A DNA stretch of 64,000 bases, taken from Minutocellus sp. GHC0000111 (taxonomy: Eukaryota). Below are positions 59,501 to 64,000 of this stretch, piece by piece. Below the pieces are notes generated by a model, which saw nothing but the letters and a program-made list of their open reading frames with translations, did no database searches and was not told where the DNA came from. Made by a program: the position numbers and the translations under genes. Positions within the stretch are counted from its first letter, which is position 1. Each line of letters starts with the position of its first letter. The stretch spans positions 3,968,001 to 4,032,000 of the forward strand of contig OZ361258.1 of assembly GCA_977018835.1 (NCBI GenBank). The letters run 5' to 3'.

Positions 59501-60922
59501 GGGCTAAAGACATCTTCTTCTTCCGCAGCAGATGGAGCATTAATTTGAGTGTTCGTAGCCATGTCATCAACAGGATCAACTTCCGAAGCCATCGAGACAG
59601 ACGCCATTTCTCGGGCTGCGCCCAGATCAGCACCCTCTCCACCTCCGGATATCAAGGCTACTCCCAGAGCAGCCCCTGCAGCTCCTAAAGCGACTGCTGT
59701 AGCAGCTGTAGCGGCACTGCAGTTTTCCTCTTCGTCATTATTAGTGTCGTCGTCGTCGTCGCCAAGCTTGGTACCATCGTTCTCTGATATGACCTTGTCG
59801 CCGACCTCCACATCCGTTGAGTCTATCGATTTGATTGGTTCTAAGGGATCAGCATCTTGCAAGCTCGAAAGTTTTGTGGGTGACAACTCTCCGTCGATAG
59901 CGCCAAGGGAGATATTGATCTCACGATCTAATTCTTCATCGGCATCTGTGCCCTCGCCTTCCTCGTCACCACCATCCTCACTTCCAGCAAGAGAAATTTC
60001 CGGTGACACATCGACACTTGTATCGAGAGGTGGGTGGCAGGGCGTTGGTATCTTCACCATCCTCGGCACTCACTCCTTTTGTTAGGTGAAGAGGAGAAAT
60101 TGAACCATCAGCCGCACCACTACCAGTAGTGCCTTCGTGCTGATCTCTGCCAAGCGAAGCCAACGCAGCAATGGCAGAATCCTTGGATACGGTGCTGTAA
60201 CCACCGAGGGTAAAGTCGCTATGCGACACCGATTCGCTCTCAACAGACTCAGCAGCGTCTTCGTCGTCAGACTTGGCATTATCTTCCATACTCTGATCTT
60301 CTTCACTGACCCGTCGACGGTCGACCGTCATATCGGTCGAGACATCTGGCAATGCATTGAGCTCATCCTCCACAGAATTCGAGCCAAATGATGTAGTGAT
60401 TATCGGTTCGTCGGGGAGTTGAGGGAGGCCATCTTCGCCAATTTCGGCCAATTCTTTGTCGCCACCAACAATGTTTTCAATGGAGTTGGAGTGAGGGACG
60501 GTGACGTCGTCGGCATTTGCGGATGATGAATCGTCGACAATATCTTCCTTGTTGTCGTCGTCATTGGACGCCTCGAGCGCATCTTGTGCCACATTCTGTG
60601 CTTGTTCATCTGGCGAACTGTCCGCACCGGCCTCATTGTCGTCGTCATCCTCAACAGAACAAATTACATTTAATAGCGATTGCCGAAAGCTCTCTTCGTG
60701 AGCCGCAGCATCGAGTGATGGCCGGGCTGGTGGGGGCAAAGTAGAAGAAGTCACGTCCACGTCGTCGGCAGCAGCAGCGACGTCATCGACTACCCCCGTC
60801 TCGGCCTCGACGTTGGCGGTAGGAGGAATGTCTTGCTGCGATGCCTCTGCGGTCTCCGCTTGTGGGGCCTTCTTGGGCGACTTATTCCTGCCGCCCTTTT
60901 TCTTCCCTCGCTTCTTGCCCAT
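56528..60922 (-). CDS. Type II membrane leucine-rich-repeat protein (diatom-type) with P/T/S-rich stalk, one frameshift
   Basis: ATG 60922, acidic disordered N-terminus. Extra base in the G/C run at 60032-60034. TM LLMAAGALVLVGGIVGIALAL, APT-type repeats, SPQYEAVSWL..QRYALATLWFATGG..ECGWEGVIC cap, LRRs. Intron 57100-56967; last exon MPEFVCSL..LTSDC..VQCDCCTEC. Confidence 0.85.
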
Positions 60923-61074
60923 CTTGCTGGTGTTCTGTGTTATGGGCTGGCCGGTCGTTCCAGCCAGGATCATGAAAAACGACCACAGATTGGAGATTGC
61001 AGTCACAGTGGCGATGCCGGCTCGCGCCCGTCGGGGATTATAATGAGGGAGTACCCCCTTTTCTGGAAGGTAGA

Positions 61075-61107
61075 GTGGTGGTGGTGGTGGTGGTGGTGGT
61101 GGTGGTG
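61075..61107. repeat. (GTG)11 microsatellite
   Basis: Read directly. Confidence 0.9.
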
Positions 61108-61293
61108 TCGTCCCGCTAAGTATAGCTTAAATCTATCTATCATAATGAAAAGTTAGAACCAAATCCAATTGGATAGGTAGCTGCATTTGCATCAGTAAGA
61201 ACGAATATCAATAACATAAAAAACAAGATCGCAATTGTAAACTTTGTAGGGTAAGATTGAGTGAGGGTGAGGTGGGGATCAGCATTTGTAGAT

Positions 61294-62157
61294 CTACTCG
61301 AGGTCACGGTCTCTCCAAGCGTTGGGATTGTTGGCCGGTACGAAGCCTTCGAAGGTAGCTGCCAGATTAAGTCTGGCTGATTGGCTCCTGGTAGTTCTTC
61401 GCGGTGCGGGTACTTCTGTGTCGTCTTCGACCGTTGCTATTACTGATGCTACTGTAGCATTAGTAAGAGCATTGATCATGGGGGACATGGTAGCACGCTC
61501 GGTACTCTGAGTCGAACGGGGAGACAATTCGTTGACGGCTACTTCTATGTCATCGGCAGTAAACGGCTCTGTGATGACGGTGGTATTGTTGGTAGTAATG
61601 AGGGAACATTGGGCATATGTTGGACCATGGCGGAATTCACAACTGTTGCAGAAGGGAGGTCGGCTGAGAGGGGAGAGGCACGGCGGGCCGAGGCAATCTA
61701 CGCATCGACAGTTCCCGCAGATTGCAGGGCCCTGATCGTTGCTCGGTGTCGATGGCTCGACAGCGACGACGGTTCGAGATCGTCTCGGTGGAATCTGCCC
61801 TGGTATCGTTGGCTTGAATGTAGAATATGAGCCAGGATCGAGTCCAAGATACTTCTCCATTATTGATGGCCAGGCCTCTGATTGCACTAATTGGAATAGC
61901 GGGTAGATTCGAGGGGTGACGGTGATGGTGCCAGCTCGTTTGATGTACGGAGCCTTCGTTGCTACTCCTCTTTCGAGGAACGAGGCTTCTCCGATACGTC
62001 TCAAGCTGTCGGTGTGGGAGTGGCCAATCGTCTTGAGCGGCTTCGAGTCTCGGTGGTACACTCTGCCGCACAGCCAGCAGCCAAAGAGAAGACGAGGACA
62101 TCTGGTGAAGTCCATGTATGATAGCTTTTCAATCCAGCGTGCCCGACGAAGGTCCAT
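61294..62157 (-). CDS. Hypothetical Cys-containing protein (orphan or element-derived)
   Basis: 287-aa ORF with CWLC, CGNCRCVDC and CNSC..H..C. No family recognised. Confidence 0.4.
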   Translation of the reverse strand: MDLRRARWIEKLSYMDFTRCPRLLFGCWLCGRVYHRDSKPLKTIGHSHTDSLRRIGEASFLERGVATKAPYIKRAGTITVTPRIYPLFQLVQSEAWPSIMEKYLGLDPGSYSTFKPTIPGQIPPRRSRTVVAVEPSTPSNDQGPAICGNCRCVDCLGPPCLSPLSRPPFCNSCEFRHGPTYAQCSLITTNNTTVITEPFTADDIEVAVNELSPRSTQSTERATMSPMINALTNATVASVIATVEDDTEVPAPRRTTRSQSARLNLAATFEGFVPANNPNAWRDRDLE

Positions 62158-62392
62158 GGTCTGGATGATGAAGGTAGAGAGTACCGGTACTAGTCTAGTA
62201 CGAGCATCTCGCTCATCAATCAGACTACTACCGGTACGTAGCTAGTGCGTGTAGAAGTTCATCATGTAGATACTCTTCCATTAATTTATTACTTGCATGT
62301 GATCTCTTCGCCAAGTTCGGGCATTGATTTAAATTGGAGGCAGCAAGCTCCACCCCTGGCCCTCCCTTTCGATGAGAGAACGCATCAATATC

Positions 62393-62416
62393 TTGTTGTT
62401 GTTGTTGTTGTTGTTG
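62393..62416. repeat. (TTG)8 microsatellite
   Basis: Read directly. Confidence 0.85.
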
Positions 62417-62543
62417 TATTGTACAGCGACGAGCAATACGCCTATAATCACTTACCCATGCATTGAGGCCCAAATTTGCATGTAGTACGTGAACAATAGG
62501 TAACTGTAGCTGTTGCCCGTATACATTCCATCTGCCTTCTTTT

Positions 62544-64000
62544 TTAAATGGCAACTGATTCGGCCACCTTGCTCTCGTCGTCCTCTTCCTTCGAGTCACA
62601 AGAATCCTTTTCGACAGCCTCCGTCGCGCCATCACTTGCACCATTCTCTATGGAGTTCTAGTTTTCCTCGTTCTCCTTGACTTCCTCCTCGTCCTCACCC
62701 TTTTTCTCTTTATCGGCATTGCCATTGACATTGCCGTTGTCCTCCGCCTTCTTGCCAGGATTGTTCTCGTCGGGCTGTAGGAGCATCCTCCAATCGACGA
62801 AATTGGAAACGATGCCCTTGCTCTCGTTCCAGTGCCGTTGGCACATGTAGTTGAACCTGATCCCCCGACTCTGACGCGGACAGCCCTTGACGGTGCAGGA
62901 CTTGACCTTGCGCTTGCGGGCGCCCTCCTGCAGCTGCCGTTTGGACAGCGTCCCCCCCGCCTTGGCGGTGGTGGCCTTGCGGGGACGGAACCCGATGTGC
63001 ACCTCGGGGTTGACCCGGCGGTACTGCTCGGCGATGGCCAGGTTGGAGGTGATGTAGGAGTCGGGATCTTGGATGTACGTGTCCTTCTGCAGGCCGCTGG
63101 GTATGCCGGCGGGGGGTGGGTTGTACTGGTGGTGCGAGTAGGCTCCTTCCAGATTCGTGCCACCCGACGGGGCTGTTAGGAGAGATGGGAGGGATCCGTC
63201 GGCTGTGGCTTCCTCGTCGGTCGGTGGCTGGGGTGGGGGCAGAGCGCCGCCGAGGGAGAACGACCCGTCGACGGACGGCGGGCCCTGCTGGTCGTACATC
63301 ATCATCATACTAGTATGAGGCGGCGGCGGCGGTGGAGGCAGGGAATGAGGATGATGATGGCCGTAGTACTCGGAAGGTGGCAGTGGTGGCGGTGGAAGAC
63401 CATGCGGTGGGCCAGGCATTCCCATCATGGTTGGCGAGGGGCCGCCATGATGAGGATTGTAATGGGGAGGAGGAGGATACCATCCGCCTGGAGCGCCTGC
63501 ACCTGGAGGAGGGCCGTGCGGCATGTTTTCTTCCGCCGAAGCCGAATACGCAAGAGAATGGTAGTACTCCCCGCCGCCCCCGTACATCATGTGCGGTGCA
63601 TGCTCCATTTCTTCGGCGCCGGGAGGAGGAGGGCCGTAGTGATGCATCATCATGTGGTGATGATGGCTGCTTGGATTGTTCGGGTCTTGTTCGCTTATTC
63701 CTGCAGAATCAGCTCCCCCCTTGATACCACCACCCAGAGTAGGCATTTCGGCTCCCATTGGAGGAGGGAACGACGGCGCTCCCATGATATAAGGTGGACC
63801 ACCACCACAGCCGTACGGCATAAAGTGCTGCTGCTTATCCATGTTGTTGTCGTTGGGATCCTGCTGCTGTTCTCCACCATCGTATCTTGGCATCATGACG
63901 TTCGCATGATGGTGCTGCTGCATCATGGGGACGCCACGAAGAGGTACCGGGGCCAACGGAGCCGATGAATCCGACGCCGAGCCCCCTTGGTTGTGATAAT
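62544..64000 (-). CDS. Pro/His/Met-rich protein with a WRKY19-like C-x4-C..C-x2-H zinc finger (5' end off the window)
   Basis: Frame is open from the window edge; CTVKGCPRQSRGIRFNYMCQRH. First stop is TAG at 62658-62660, but an acidic coding-like frame continues 37 codons to TAA at 62544-62546. Confidence 0.7.

Noticed and set aside
26837..62660. Genome-wide TAR reassignment (ciliate-type genetic code)
   Set aside because: TAG/TAA terminate conserved genes at expected C-termini (XPO1, CYP51, p24), and long conserved ORFs contain no internal TAR.

Overview
Gene-dense eukaryotic nuclear DNA, almost certainly from a diatom (stramenopile). The evidence is short GT-AG introns, bipartite plastid pre-sequences with ASA-FAP-type motifs and diatom-style type II membrane LRR proteins. 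About 28 protein-coding loci are supported, including plastid phosphoglycerate mutase, CYP51, exportin-1/CRM1, Vps54, two p24/TMED paralogues, a cyclophilin, a nucleobase transporter, a membrane-anchored glucose/sorbosone dehydrogenase-family protein, a dihydropteridine reductase-like SDR and an HHL1-like protein. I found no rRNA, tRNA, CRISPR array or recognisable transposase. The main observations are: (1) four loci whose reading frame runs straight through a single in-frame TAG/TAA, plus several 1-nt frameshifts, most likely consensus errors but testable for readthrough; (2) a plastid Rieske-fold protein with no His at its ligand sites and two CxxC motifs, in a three-gene plastid cluster; (3) a membrane protein carrying only the substrate-binding domain of 5'-nucleotidase, near a nucleobase transporter and the surface dehydrogenase; (4) a histidine phosphatase-GNAT fusion; (5) a palindromic CTAGCTAG/CTACGTAG motif in many intergenic regions of a locus with strongly alternating gene orientation. 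All family assignments come from motif recognition by eye, not from database searches.
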